A stretch of 64,000 nucleotides of DNA from Eledone cirrhosa (GCA_964016885.1 OZ024743.1:342612001-342676000); one strand, 5' to 3'. Positions 1 through 12,790 are shown, counted from the first letter of the stretch. A program made the numbers and translations. Notes: generated by a model from the sequence alone, not told the origin.

Positions 1-1649
1 GGAACATCAGTGTGTGGTGGGGTGGGGTGTATGGGGTGGTGGTGAGGAAACATTTCAAGAGGACGCGGTTGATAGGTCTAGTACAGGGGTTCCCCACGTC
101 CTCGGGAAAGTTCTGTTTGAGCATTGCGTAGGTATCCCTTGGGACCCTAATCATTTTTAAATGCGGTTTAGTCGTTGGTGAACATTTTCCCTTCGGTTTC
201 CACCGAAGGGTCTTTGTCTATCGTTTGCACAAGTGTTTTGTTGTTTGTGTTGGTGTATGTATACTGTTTTTGTTGGATTGTGTATGTTTTTGTTTGTTGT
301 TCTTGTGTGTGTTTGCGTTTTGTAGTATGTGTTATGTTTTCGGGAGGGGTGGGTGTTTTTGTTTTTGATGTTTGTTCTGTTTGTGCTGGTGGTTGTGTTG
401 TTGTGTGGGGTGGGCAGAAGCGTCTTTTTTTTTGGGGGGGGGGGCATTTAAAAGGGGACAGGAAGCCCTCAGGTGACCACTTCTTGAACAGTGGTAGCAT
501 GAAAGCTGCCTTCCCTCAACAGAAATGTTTATGAAGGCGACTCCATCCAGGGACACACGCTGCGGTATTCTTGCTATCCGTTCTGGTCTTATTTGGACCA
601 GAACTTCAAGGCTATTGCCGCCGAATACGCCCACGGTGGATTCGCCTATCGAAAGGATTGTGTCCTCATCTTCTAAGAATCCCGTTAGCACCCACCAAAT
701 GCTCGCATTTGGCCTGATATCCGAGATTCTTATCTTTTGAGTTCTTTTCCCAAAATATGTGGGGAAAAGGTGTATGCTTTGGATACAATTGGCGACACAG
801 AATATTTCCGTGCCGCCAATTCATCTTGCATTAAAACAGATATGCTTCCATACAGTTTCCCTTTCTGTATGAAAGCGATATCCTTCCAGGCACTACTTAG
901 GACCAGCTCAATTTCGCTTTAGGACAATTGAGCCGGTTTCCTAGTCGTGTTGGAAACTGTCCTAAAGATTACGGTCCTGAAGACTGTGTCCCTTCTAATT
1001 TCTTCGGGGGAGGTAATTGTGAATTCTCCAACTTCCCCGAAAGTTACACAATTCCTTGCTTCTTTCAGCAATTTCTCGGTATTCGAGATGTCCAGTGCCT
1101 TGTATGTCTGCCTTTATCGGACTGCCTGTGCGAAGGAGACTACAGCTGTGGGTCCGTTTTCTTTCGTGTTGTTATCATTGTTGTTGTTATTCGTGTTGGC
1201 TTGCTTTTTTCCTTTGTTGGTGTTGTCATTATTGCTGTTATTGGTTGTGTTGTTATTGTCATTGTTGTTCTTGTTTGTGTAATTGTTACTTTTGGGGTTT
1301 ACACCCATTTCCACATTTTTTCTTTTGATTCCGTCGTGTTTTTGCGGGAGTGAGGAGGGAAGGCTTACAGCATTATGCTGCTACCTTGTCTCTATCACTT
1401 TCCTTGGGGGGCGTGGCATGTGTCGTATTAATGGCGTCCATTGTCACTAAACGACTTTTCATCGACAACTTATAACTATTAAATTTCGCCCCAAAAAGGG
1501 GCGAAATTTATTTTACCCAACGTCTGCAGGCCCAGGCGGGCGAGAGGTTAAACACAACAAATAACAAGTTACTTAAACAAACCTACCGCTTCGCGTAATA
1601 AATTCCGACAAAATGCAGGAGCGAAACAAAAACACGTCTATCTTCTACG

Positions 1650-1650
<1 letters not shown>
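1..1650 (-). mobile_element. 5' part of an L1/Tx1-like non-LTR retrotransposon (degraded ORF1 with gag-type CCHC knuckle), continuing past the window start
   Basis: Minus ORF 332-691 ends in VEGRQLSCYHCSRSGHLRASCP (CX2CX4HX4C). Upstream there is an N-rich low-complexity stretch with SFAQAV, typical of Tx1-type ORF1. The 5' end abuts (GATA)n at about 1650. Several stops and frameshifts. Confidence 0.7.

Positions 1651-1729
<79 letters not shown>
1650..1729. repeat. (GATA)n microsatellite
   Basis: About 20 perfect GATA units. Confidence 0.95.
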
Positions 1730-1880
1730 GGAGAGAGAGAGAAGGCATGTATCTCCACGCTTACTTCCTGTGTATTGGTCAACCAGCTGTTGAAGTCACT
1801 TACTGACACAAGTTGCAATGAAGTATGTGATTGATGGGCTGGGCAGAGTTTGTAACTGTACGGCCATGATTTTTGTCATA

Positions 1881-2092
1881 TATACTAATAATTGTTTCTA
1901 CGCTTGGCACAAGGCCAGCAATTAACCAGTGCATTACTGGTACTTTATTTTATCGACCCCGAAAGGATGAAAGGTAAATTAAACCTCGACGGAATTTGAA
2001 CTCAGACCGTAAAGGGACGTAACTATACTGGAAAGCATAGCGTCCGACCCTCTACCGATACTGCCAATTCACCACCCTTTTATACTAATAAT
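1881..2092 (-). mobile_element. SINE (family S1) with 12-bp target-site duplication
   Basis: The minus strand carries B-box-like GAGTTCAAATTCC followed by TTTCATCCTTTCGGGGTCGATAAAATAAAGTACCAGT. TATACTAATAAT is repeated at 1881-1892 and 2081-2092. Many other copies are in the window. Confidence 0.85.
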
Positions 2093-2994
2093 ACATTTAC
2101 ATCACAGAGTAAGATTATTATTGGTGACCATGTTTATTTTAACATGTAATTGGCAATTTTTGTTTTGAGAAATGATGGGACCTGTTCATTGAATTATTAC
2201 GGCAATATGCAATATTTCCATTGACGGTAACCAATAATTTAGCATGTATAAAGAATATTTTGAAAGTGAAGACAACTTTCTTGTGGGTTATCAGAGGTTA
2301 ATAGAATTCATTCATTCATATCTACTAAAATGATACAAACTATGAAAATCATATATGTATATTTTTCTGGTTAAAACATAAAATATTTTCACACACACGC
2401 GCACACACACACACACACATACACACACACACATACACACACAAAATAAGCATGTATGTGAGTGTGTATCTGTGTCAGTGTGCGTGTTTGTGTGTGTGTG
2501 CATGTGGAAATGTCAATGTATGTATGTTTGTAGTTGTAGGCCACAGTTTTGCACTTAAGTAACTGAAACTCAGTTCTTCGTGATGATGGTCATGGAGGTT
2601 ACGTGACCTTCTCATACACCCCCACCCCCTAAAAAAAACATAACTTTATTGATAATGAAGAATGTATACTTACTATAGGAAGAAATCGTTTTTGTAATGA
2701 AAAAGTAAAATGGAAGTGCGAAGGAAAGTGAGAAATAAAGAGAGAGGAAAAGAGAAAGACATATGTATGTGTTTAAGTGGTGTACATGGTAATACAAATG
2801 TCTATAATGTGTATATTTATAGGCATTTGCACAGTATCGGTTAAACTATGTACTGTATATATACAAATAAACATTTAACTTCTACATAGGCTGTTTAGAA
2901 TACAAATTAATATACATTAAAATTAATTGCCAGCATAGATACTAAAATTATTCAAATTAGCACGTCTTTTCTTGATTACTAAGATATATATATA

Positions 2995-3740
2995 TACGAT
3001 GGTAAGTCAAAAATGATATGCACTTTCACCATAACAAATCTTTAGGTTTGTCATACTGCCTTCTGCTCATGCGTACTTATAGTTGGTAGTATTTTGGTCA
3101 CATTATCGATGTTTGAGCTTAATCGCGCCAGTTTTCTTGCTGTTGTTACAGTGTAAACATGGCCGCTCTGTTAGCAGTGTGCACCATGATGTTTCCACTC
3201 TATACTCTGTCTTTTGGATTCTGGCTCATAGTGATAGACCCACATATCATCTCCTGTCACTCTTCTGCTGAACTCTTCGTGGATGATTTGATAGGCAGAA
3301 CCATGACTAATCTACAGAGAACATGCTTCTTCATCGATGATAACTCGCCGGTTCGATGATAACTCGAGCTTGCTGAATCTTCTCGGCAGTGGCGGAGTGA
3401 ACGGGCGTCCTGTTCCTTATTCGTGCTTGTCCTGCCAATTTTAAACTTCTCGATGCACTCGTACACACTTCTACGTGGTAATGCACTGTCACCGTATTAT
3501 GTTAGAAGCCTCCGTCAGCCTCTGACAGCCTTCCGACCAGAGAAATCGGATCACTGCTCTTTGTCCCTTCTTGGTTCACACTGCTAGCGGAGCGGCCATG
3601 TTTACACTGTCACAGCAGTGATCATGCTCAAACGTCGATCACATAACCCAACAGTATCACTTATAAGCACGCCTGAGCAGAACATAGTGTGACAAACCTA
3701 AAGACATGTAAAGTGCGGATAAATTTTCCTTATCCTCGTA
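2995..3740 (-). mobile_element. Mariner-derived non-autonomous foldback element
   Basis: TA-flanked TIRs (TACGATGGTAAGTCAAAAATGATATGCACTTT / revcomp TACGAGGATAAGGAAAATTTATCCGCACTTT). Inverted similarity extends about 190 bp. The minus strand encodes a degraded mariner N-terminus: MAAPLAV*TKKGQRAVIRFLWSEG...YGDSALPRRSVYECIEKFKIGRTS. Confidence 0.8.
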
Positions 3741-4035
3741 TATAAGGCTCTATGAGGTCATCATTTCTGTATTCCATTTTAATTGTTTCATGTATACATT
3801 TTCTGATGAGAACACTAATTAAGGTAAAATGGTGAATTTGAAACGTTTAGATGTCTATATACTCAATGTGTATATTCATATGCACATTTATGCAGTCTCG
3901 GTTATGTTCTTTACTGTATATGTACAGATATAGATTTAACATATATGTATGTGTGTATATGTATTATATGTGTGTATATGTATATATGTATGTATGTATG
4001 CATGCATGTATGCATGTATGTATGTATGTATGTAT

Positions 4036-4456
4036 GGTCGGGTCGTCCAAGCTTGGTGAGGAAGATGATATTTGGACACCCTGCAGGATGAAATACAAGA
4101 CCCGGCAAATGGCGGAGTCAACGGCCATCCAATTAGTCCTTTTTTTCATCTGGAGAGAAAGGCCCCCAGTTGTTGTCACAACACCTTTCTATGAGTGGGA
4201 AACTCTGGAAAAAAGACCTGCAGCTTCTGATGATGTTGACCAGATCTAATTTTCGAGTAGTGTTTTCGATGCTCAGAGAATGGGTTGGTCGAGTGCAAGG
4301 CCTTTCCCCACTTAAAAAACCTTCAAAGTACAGGCATTGCTTGTTTAGGATATGTTACAGGTTCGTGTGGCTGGCCGTAGCCTAAAGGTGCACCAAACAC
4401 TATAAGCTTCTGATAAGCGATTGCAATGCTCTTAGCAGTGTTTGCAGCCATCATGT
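4036..4456 (+). mobile_element. Short bipartite RTE-derived non-autonomous retroelement
   Basis: Shares the 5' block (CTTGGTGAGGA..TTTGGACACCCTGCAGGA..GAGTCAACGGCCATCCAA) with 8661-9272 and 36610-36803. Ends in GCAGCCATCATGTAT like the RTE 3' end at 7104. Flanked by (TATG)n. Confidence 0.65.
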
Positions 4457-4484
4457 ATATATGTATGCATATATGAATGATCTG

Positions 4485-4633
4485 AGAACTGAGAACTACG
4501 TTAAGGGTACGCGTGTTTATGGAATGCTCAGCCACTTGAAGGTTAACACATTAATTTCACGAGCAGGCTGTTCCGTTGATCGTATCAACAGGAATACTCG
4601 TCGTCGTAACCGATGGAGTGCCACTACTACTAC
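4485..4633 (+). mobile_element. 3' fragment of tRNA-derived SINE family S2
   Basis: Matches the 3' half of the full copy at 35770-36090 (GAGAACTACGTTAAGGGTAC...CTCGTCGTCGTAACCGATGGAGTGCCA). Confidence 0.8.
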
Positions 4634-5798
4634 TATGTATTTATATATGTGTGTATGTATGAATGTATGTATGTATGTGTATATGTATGCATGTTTGTAT
4701 GTATGCATGTATGTATTTTTCTATATAAGTATATGTATATAATTAACAGTGAATAACTTCATAAATTCATAATAGGTTTGAATTGACAAATGTTCTATTG
4801 CTAAGTTGATTATAGTTATAAATGTCTGTGTTGACTCTGAAGTCTTTTAAATGTTGAACCCGAAAGTGTTTTACTGCTCATTCTGAAACACCGATAGCAA
4901 AATCAATAATTTATATATCATCGACGACTATTTATTGCCACAGTTACTGTGCTTCCCGTTTTAATGGAATATATCGATTTCTTTACAAGAGATATGTTTA
5001 ATTTGAGACAGTGTTAATAGTAGCACAATAGTTGAGAATCTACTAGTAATTTATCACTTATATGTAATAATAATTACCGAAGGATACAAACAATATACTT
5101 TTCAAAATTTCTTTTGCATTACCAAAAGGTTTCTTTATCTATTTTTAGTCAGGGATTGTAGTGAACAATAGCGTAATTGTTTGTCCATTGCTAGTCGATA
5201 AAGGCCAATGCCTTGCTTACATGGTTAGTTGTATTTTATGTGTCCAAAGATGGCTGCTGTCACCGTTAATATTTGTTTAGAATGCCAGCTGAATAGGCTT
5301 TGTGGAGATTGCGTTTGGCTTACGGTTTCTGGATACGTGTCTTTTGCGAGGATGTTCCGCCGTTATGAATGAGGGTGTGGCATAGAGGCCTTTTCTGAGA
5401 AAGCTGATGCCATGAATTTATGCCGATGTTCATGTCTTTCAGTGTTGCCTGTAGGCTATCGTAGCATTTTGGAGGTCTTTTGTGTGTTGTGTTTTGTGTG
5501 TTATTTTTTTTTGTCCTCGTCTGCAGTTATCTCCCTTGTAGCAAGTTCAGATCAACAGTGTAGTTGTTGACAACTGGTTCTAAGCATATGGGATATCTAA
5601 AGAGACATAGGTTAATGGTGGGGAACACTGCTAGAGACATAACCGAACGTTTATACGTCTGTAGAAATCACTGAAGATAAATATGACAACTTTATTTTTG
5701 TTTTTTCACTGATGTGTGTAACTTTCGCCGACATACAAATACACAAATGCACACACATGTACACACACTCACACATACGTACGTACGTACGTACGTAC

Positions 5799-5829
<31 letters not shown>

Positions 5830-5876
5830 CATACATACATACATACATACATACATACATACATACATACATACAT

Positions 5877-6703
5877 CGAATTAACATCGACGATGTCACC
5901 CATGTCATCAGCAGCTGTCCAAAGATGTCATCACGGTACTATCTACCTATGAGGCATGATGTAGTGGCCAAAACACTGTACAATGCAATTCGTAGAAACG
6001 ATAGCCCCGACAATAAACACATTAAAAGCTACAGCAATGTGGAAGACATACATATACATAATATGAAAGAGTACTGGTGGAATGTTCCAGTAAAAACCCC
6101 AATAAAATTCAGGCATAACAGACCAAATATAATGATATGGGGCAGGGAAAAGAAGGCATGCATAATAGTGGAAGTTAGCTGTCCAGCAGATGCCAATATG
6201 ATATCAAAAATTAGCGAAAAGGAGAATATTTATGGGGAACTCATGAGAAATCTACAGATACTCCTCCCTGACTATACCTTCAGATTTATGCCTGTGATTA
6301 TTGGGGCACTGGGATATGTTAGTAACTGCCTCAATACAAATCTTGAGAAGCTAGGCTTCACAGAAACAGAAAGAACACAACTAGTTAGGAAATTACAAGT
6401 ACAATGCATTAATGGAACAGTAAAAAATGTAAAACATTCTCAACATTTTGCATCTAATAACTGCATATACACTTGGTCAGATACGAAGGATATGCACATG
6501 CACACATATAACTCAAAACAAACACAACCACACGTAATAATACATCCATACCTGCACATACACGCATGCATGCAGACATGCAGACATATCTACCTTGTTG
6601 ATGTTGTCTAAATTCCAATGAAAGAGTCTTGTGTCTATATTATAAACCTACTCTCTCTCTCTCTCTATTGGTAAAATTTTATAAAAATATGAAACCACTA
6701 CAA
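5877..6703 (+). mobile_element. 5'-truncated R4/Dong-like RLE retrotransposon (same family as 37028-40577)
   Basis: The ORF reads INIDDVTHVISSCPKMSSRYYLPMRHDVVAK...HNRPNIMIW...IVEVSCP...K..IY...PVIIGALG (CCHC end, RHD, PD-(D/E)xK endonuclease). Highly similar to 39770-40577 including the 3' UTR. Starts directly after (CATA)n. Confidence 0.9.
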
Positions 6704-7014
6704 CATGCTGCTCCCTCGTTATCGAGTATGGCCATTGCACGATATACCATTATTAATAATTATTAATTAATTATATCTTGCAATGCCTGTGCGTGAAGAT
6801 TCTTTTTAAAGTGAGCGACAGTAGCGATAGCCTGAAAAGAAGAAAAGATCAACATCATCGGTAACTACTGAGCCGCAGGTTTTATGTCGGAGTTATCCCA
6901 GTTTCTTGAGTTGCCTTCTAGAAGAATGTCCTAACAAAGGCTAGGGGTCCTTTACTCCCAGTGGTTTAACCGCGCGATCGAGTATCCAGCCCGACTATTT
7001 CTATGTCCCCGCGC
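6704..7014 (-). mobile_element. Short bipartite RTE-derived element (subfamily shared with 36186-36536 and 30972-31202)
   Basis: Highly similar to 36186-36536 apart from an internal deletion. 3' end GGCCATACTCGATAACGAG..GCAGCATG parallels the RTE 3' end. Confidence 0.75.
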
Positions 7015-7103
7015 ATATACATACATACATGCATACATATATACATGCATCCATACATACATACATACATACATACATACATACATACATACATACATAC
7101 ATA

Positions 7104-7804
7104 CATGATGGCTGCCAACTCGTTTTCGAGTACGGCCACTACTTTATATCCATGCAGGAGAACCCCTACCGATGCGCTGAACAAGAGTGGCTTTTTAGTC
7201 CAGCCAGCGACTTGAAAACTCTGGTACAAACACTACACTTGTGACAATTGACACCTAGTGCTGGGCCCATGGTACCATGTGACCCAAGGTATCGTGTGAG
7301 ATCACTACTCGACCTGCATACTCTTCCACAAACATTACATGTCGTCTTCTGATGAACACTTATACCTCCACAGGTGCCTGCTTCCCTGTTCTTGTACACT
7401 CTCAGGTGACTCTTTAGACCTGCTATGTTCAGACAAACCCTATTATAGGTCTCACATGTCAGGTCAGGCCGTCTGTCAGTGCCTTCGGGAAGGCCAACAT
7501 GGATTCCTTTCCGGACATCTCTTTTTAGTCTCGCGTGCCTTCTTGTTTCCTCAAATACACTCTTGCCACTAGCCACTGCTTTCCTCCAATGCGATCGGTC
7601 GCTAGCGCATGCTTCCCAGTCTTCACAGGGGATGTTACTTTTCTTGAGCGCCCCATTGATGCAGTCCTTAAAACGCATCTTGGGTTTGCTCGCGTTCCTT
7701 TTTCCCATTTGGAGCTCGCCATAAAGCAGCTGCTTCGGCATTCGCTTGTCATTCATCCCTACAAGATGGCCTGTCCAGCGCAGCTGATGTTTCCAAATCA
7801 AGGA
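7104..7804 (-). mobile_element. 5'-truncated RTE (BovB-like) LINE 3' end with C-terminal C2H2 zinc fingers and (TATG)n tail
   Basis: The minus ORF contains QLRWTGHLVGMNDKRMPKQLLYGEL..GKRNASKPKMRFKD...WEACASDRSHWRKAV (RTE C-terminal signature), then three C2H2-like motifs. Flanked on both sides by (CATA)n. Confidence 0.9.
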
Positions 7805-7818
7805 CATACATACATACA

Positions 7819-7852
<34 letters not shown>

Positions 7853-8660
7853 CATACATACATACATACATACATGGTAGTATGCCTGCGTAGTTAAAGA
7901 AGTTTGCTTCACAACCATATTGTTTCAGATTCAGTCCCACTGCATCACAGCTCGGGCAAATATCTTCTACAATTTGATAACCGGAAGCCCATGCTTCTTT
8001 TTAGTTGAAGGCCAAACATCCTTTACAAGATGTTTGGCCTTCAACTTGCATTAATAGCTTTAGTTGATTAAATGTTTTCCTCCTCGCCATATTCAGAATC
8101 CGAGGTTCTATTTGTATATATATACACTTCATGCAGAACTTTCCTCTCAGCTATGTTCAGCTCTATACTTATTTAACACAGATAATCAAGGCATTATTTC
8201 GTGACCTGATCCCATATATATTCGATTATAGTTTAGCCTAGCCAAGATCTTATGGAATCGAAACACTCTGTTGCTTTAATTAAGCCAGCTTATAGGCAAG
8301 GTTCATTCCCATTGCATTGTCTAAAAATATCTTAAGAACTATTGATAGCTCGTATCCTGAAAGTTCTGTCCCTTGCTTTTTCTCAAGATCTAAGCGCCGC
8401 TAAAAGGCGTTTCTGTCTTCAATTTGCAAGGAAATCTTCTATTGCTTGAAAAGTTCCCACTCGTCATATTCAGACGGCGAGATAGTTTATGCAGACCATT
8501 CCCACCAGGCATTTCTCCTCTGCTTGTACACATACACACAAACACATACATACATACATACATACATACATGCATACATACATACATACATACATACATA
8601 CATACATACATACATACATACATACATACATACATACATACATACATACATACATACATA

Positions 8661-9272
8661 CATAGTGGCTGCCAACTCGTTTTCGAGTACGGCCACTACC
8701 TTATATCCATGTAGGAGAACCCCTACCGATGCGCTGAACGAGTGTGACTTTTTAGTCCAGCCAGCGACTTGAAAACTCTAGTACAAACACTACACTTGTG
8801 CCAGTTATTGACACATAGTGCTGGGCCCATGGTACCATGTGACGACAAGTGCAGAGAGATCTCCAGATATAAAGCAATGCCTGTGCCGTGAAGCTTTTAT
8901 AGTGAGCAAAGGCACTGCACAAAGCCAGCCCCACTCTCTTAACCAAGATGATATTTACCAAAAAGAAAAACAAGTCAACATCATTGGATACCATCAGAGT
9001 TGCAGGTGTTATATCAGAGTTTTCCTTCTCCTAGAATTCTGCCTTGACAAAGGCTAAGGGGTCATCTCTCCCGGTTATTTTGGATGGCCATTGACTCTCA
9101 AGAGCTCCTTTGCCCTTTGACAGGTTTTGTTTTTAGTCCTACAGGATGTCCAAAGTCACCCTCCTCACCAAGAAACCTTGGTGGGGTTGCCAGTTTAGTC
9201 GCCAACGACCCGACCAGGAGACAGGTTGTACTGGGATACATGTTACCAGTGGCACCAACTGGTGAGCTGACA
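8661..9272 (-). mobile_element. Internally deleted (bipartite) RTE derivative: presumed 5' UTR block plus the last ~185 bp of the RTE
   Basis: 8661-8843 is highly similar to 7104-7283 (last zinc finger and 3' UTR). 8860-9272 matches the 5' block of the other short elements. (CATA)n on both sides. Confidence 0.85.
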
Positions 9273-9312
9273 CAAACACATACATACATACATACATACA
9301 TACATACATACA

Positions 9313-9346
<34 letters not shown>

Positions 9347-9350
9347 AATA

Positions 9351-9545
9351 TAGTTTTAATATAGATGAGATTCTACAGGACTAGAACTGTTTCATTCTTT
9401 AGAAATCATCAGATTCCTGATGATTTCTAAAGAATGAAACAGTTCTAGTCCTGTAGAATCTCATCTATATTAAAACTGTTATACTCTGCAATGTATTGAG
9501 TACCTTACTTACTGTGGTTACCTCCGATTCAACCCGGAATAACGT
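9351..9545 (+). mobile_element. PLE pseudo-LTR fragment (family A) in foldback configuration
   Basis: 9351-9412 is the reverse complement of 9417-9478. Related copies at 23346-23480 and 51554-51620. Confidence 0.75.
9411..9461 (+). ncRNA. Minimal type I hammerhead ribozyme (family A)
   Basis: AGATTC-CTGATGA-tTTCtaaaGAAt-GAAA-CAGttctagtcCTG-TA-GAATCT: stem I agattc/gaatct, canonical core, stem II, stem III, GUA cleavage triplet. Confidence 0.85.
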
Positions 9546-9779
9546 ATATATATATATATATATATATTTCGTTTCTGAATTTGTTTAGCAAGATTCTTTA
9601 TCTGAAATCGTGTGTTGAAACCGATATTGTTATACTTTGGGAGGGTCATGTTGCCAATAAGAAACACACGCACCAGTTGCTTTCACTTCAATTTATTATA
9701 ATAAATTTATAATAAATTTATAAATTTATAAATTTCTGGTTGGTTGGTTGGTTCCACAACCAGATAGTTGTTTATATAT

Positions 9780-10265
9780 AGTCATAGTTCTTTTGTCACA
9801 CACTCTGTGACCTCTTCAGTGACTGGGGATTCCTTTCTTTGTTTCTGTGCCTCTCCTTTGTTCTGTCCTACGCCATTTTGTTTCTGTGTGTGTGTTGTGT
9901 GCTCAGTCTGCGCATGCGCCACATCCGGGTGTCTCTGTGTGTTTATGTTCATTTATTTTTTTTTTTATTTACATGTTGCTGGTTGGTTGTTTGTTCTATG
10001 TGTGTGTGTGTTTTCATTTTGTCCTTAATTGTAAGTTGTGATGTTACTGTTCCACTCATATTTTCTATTTAATTTTGGTTGTAATTCTTTTATGTTTATT
10101 GCCTCTGTAATTTGTCTAAACATTGCGTCTTTTCTGTGTGTAGATTCTATTTTTATTTCTATGTTCTCTAATTTACCCTTGTGTTCTATTTTAGCATGTT
10201 GGTAGAGTACAGATGATTCTTTACTATCTTGAAGTGGAACAGCAACATCACAACTTACAATTAAA
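9780..10265 (-). mobile_element. PLE 3' fragment (GIY-YIG C-terminus, 3' UTR and degenerate HHR)
   Basis: ORF SSVLYQHAKIEH...FRQITEAINIKELQPKLNRKYEW resembles a PLE endonuclease end. Inverted duplication 10027-10056/10232-10262. Minus-strand AGTCA-CTGAAGA-GGTCAC..GTGAC-AAAA..TA-TGACT at 9780-9824. Confidence 0.7.
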
Positions 10266-10321
10266 GATATGTAAAATCCCGTCCATGGCGCCAAGACGTT
10301 GGCACCACGGACGGGATTTTA

Positions 10322-10398
<77 letters not shown>

Positions 10399-10539
10399 AT
10401 CTCTTTCTCTCTCTCTCTTTCTCTCTCTCTATCTCTATCTATCTATCTAAAACACCCGCCGTCACGTCTTGTAATGTCCCATTTGTATACGCCCTTGTGG
10501 CAAATAAAGAAATATATCTATGTATCTCTCCCTCTCTGC

Positions 10540-10592
<53 letters not shown>

Positions 10593-11672
10593 ACATTGAC
10601 CTGGGTGGAACGTTTTGGCCTCAAATCTACGACATGTGATTTAAAAACATACCATTTCTCACACAGACACAAGACGAATCAATATAAAGGAGGGATATAG
10701 TGGATTATATCTACCCCAGTACTTGGTTTATACTGTATTTTATCGACCATACCAAAGGATTAAATGCATTGACGACCTCGGCAAGATTTGAAGTCAGATA
10801 TTGAATACACGTAACTAAATACAAGTACGGCAATTTTTCCAATACTTTACTGAATCTGCAAAAATCAATTACATTTGATATTAGGTGTTTTTACTCTTTG
10901 AGAGAATTTTTATTTCATGATCCCTAGTATTTTATCTCCTTGTATTCGACATCTAGTAACATGCTTATACTTCGAGAGGATTCTCCAAACGTTATTGTTC
11001 GGCAGTAAATTATATTTTTTTTTTCTTTTGCAACTCTTTTCATCGTGTATTCATCCTACTTTCTGTGGGATATTAATCTGCACTGTTACCAACAAAAAAA
11101 AATACATATTGTAATCGTCCTTCCTCTCATCACACCCAGAGGAAATTAAACCATCTATTTGGAAAATAAGAGGAATGGATGTGTTTGTGTATAATTTCTG
11201 AGAGCAACATCTCTCTTGGAATTTTTGAATAACAGATTGGTCGGAGACGTTATGTTTCCTTTTCATAACAACACGAACACGAAATTTGTTTGGGGGTTTT
11301 TATTACTTCTTCAGAATATCTATATTATACACGACACGGTGATACAAACTGTCGTTTAAAATAGAGATTCGATTAAACTGTTTATTATGCAGTTGAGATA
11401 TTTTTTATTGGTTTTCCTCCGGTGAAAGATGACATTTCTATAAACGTTGGTATTTGTCGAGGTATTTATCAACATTTACCTTATGGGGAAGGAAGAACGT
11501 TGCTCTTATGTCATCCCTGCTAAATATAAAATAATATATTGTATGTGGGGAGTGAGGGAGGTTGGGCGTGTGTACGTATGTATCCATTTGTGCATTTATA
11601 TTTGTATGCATTGTATGTATTATGTATATATGATGTATGTATTTATTATGTATGTTTATATATGTATATATG

Positions 11673-11965
<293 letters not shown>

Positions 11966-11969
11966 ACTA

Positions 11970-12510
11970 ATCCCGGTTTTTTTTAAAGAACCGCGATAAT
12001 ATTGCTTTATACTGAACTCCATATCTTTTGTTGAGTTTTTTTCGGAATGTTTTCACTGCTGTTTCTTGTAAACAGACATTCGTCTCATTCTGACGTCACT
12101 TGCCCTGTCTCCATGTGTGTTTATTAATTCAATTCCACACGAGGTTTGACTAGCCTCCTTTTAAATTCCCCTCTGGCATATTTTAGCTGTGGGTTTTAGT
12201 TAACGTGTTGAGCACTACTGTCGAACGACTCCAACCGTGATTAACCCCACTGAAAAGTTTTGTTAATTAGTCTTTTTAAGACTATATAGTACATTTGTAG
12301 ATTTTTGCAAATTGACGGATAAGTATTTACTCTTAATTTTATTTTGAGTTAAGATTCTATTGGTTTTTTCCCCGGATTACACAAAATCTGTGGATAAAAT
12401 TTCTGGTCTTGACTTGTTTTGAATTGGAATTAAATAGTTTTCCCATATCTTACGTTAAATATTTTTCATCTTGACGTATTAGTCACTTATATGTCTGAAT
12501 TACTGTTGGC
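11970..12510 (-). mobile_element. Possible highly degraded PLE GIY-YIG fragment
   Basis: Minus-strand fragments reminiscent of STNVLY..L and GETGQ...RMSVYKKQ, but no intact frame. Confidence 0.3.
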
Positions 12511-12571
12511 CTCGTGCTTAGATTAATTTCTTTATTTTCATTTATATATATATATATATATACCGAACATT

Positions 12572-12634
<63 letters not shown>

Positions 12635-12641
12635 GAACATT

Positions 12642-12690
<49 letters not shown>

Positions 12691-12790
12691 GAACATTTTT
12701 TATAATGCTCGGTTTGTTTGTAAACAAACTGCCCGAATTACAGTGTTCAGGCAACCATCGTCACCTTTTTGTTCAACACTGACACAGGAA

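Noticed and set aside
175-1353. Hydrophobic V/C/L-rich plus-strand ORFs resembling membrane proteins
   Set aside because: They are antisense shadows of the A/C-rich LINE ORF1 region.
7166-7918. Host C2H2 zinc-finger gene
   Set aside because: The fingers are fused in frame to an RTE LINE C-terminus and followed by the element tail. The ORF N-terminus is microsatellite.
7020-9345. CRISPR-like alternation of repeats and unique segments
   Set aside because: The repeats are variable-length microsatellites and the spacers are retroelement fragments hundreds of bp long. The context is eukaryotic with no cas genes.
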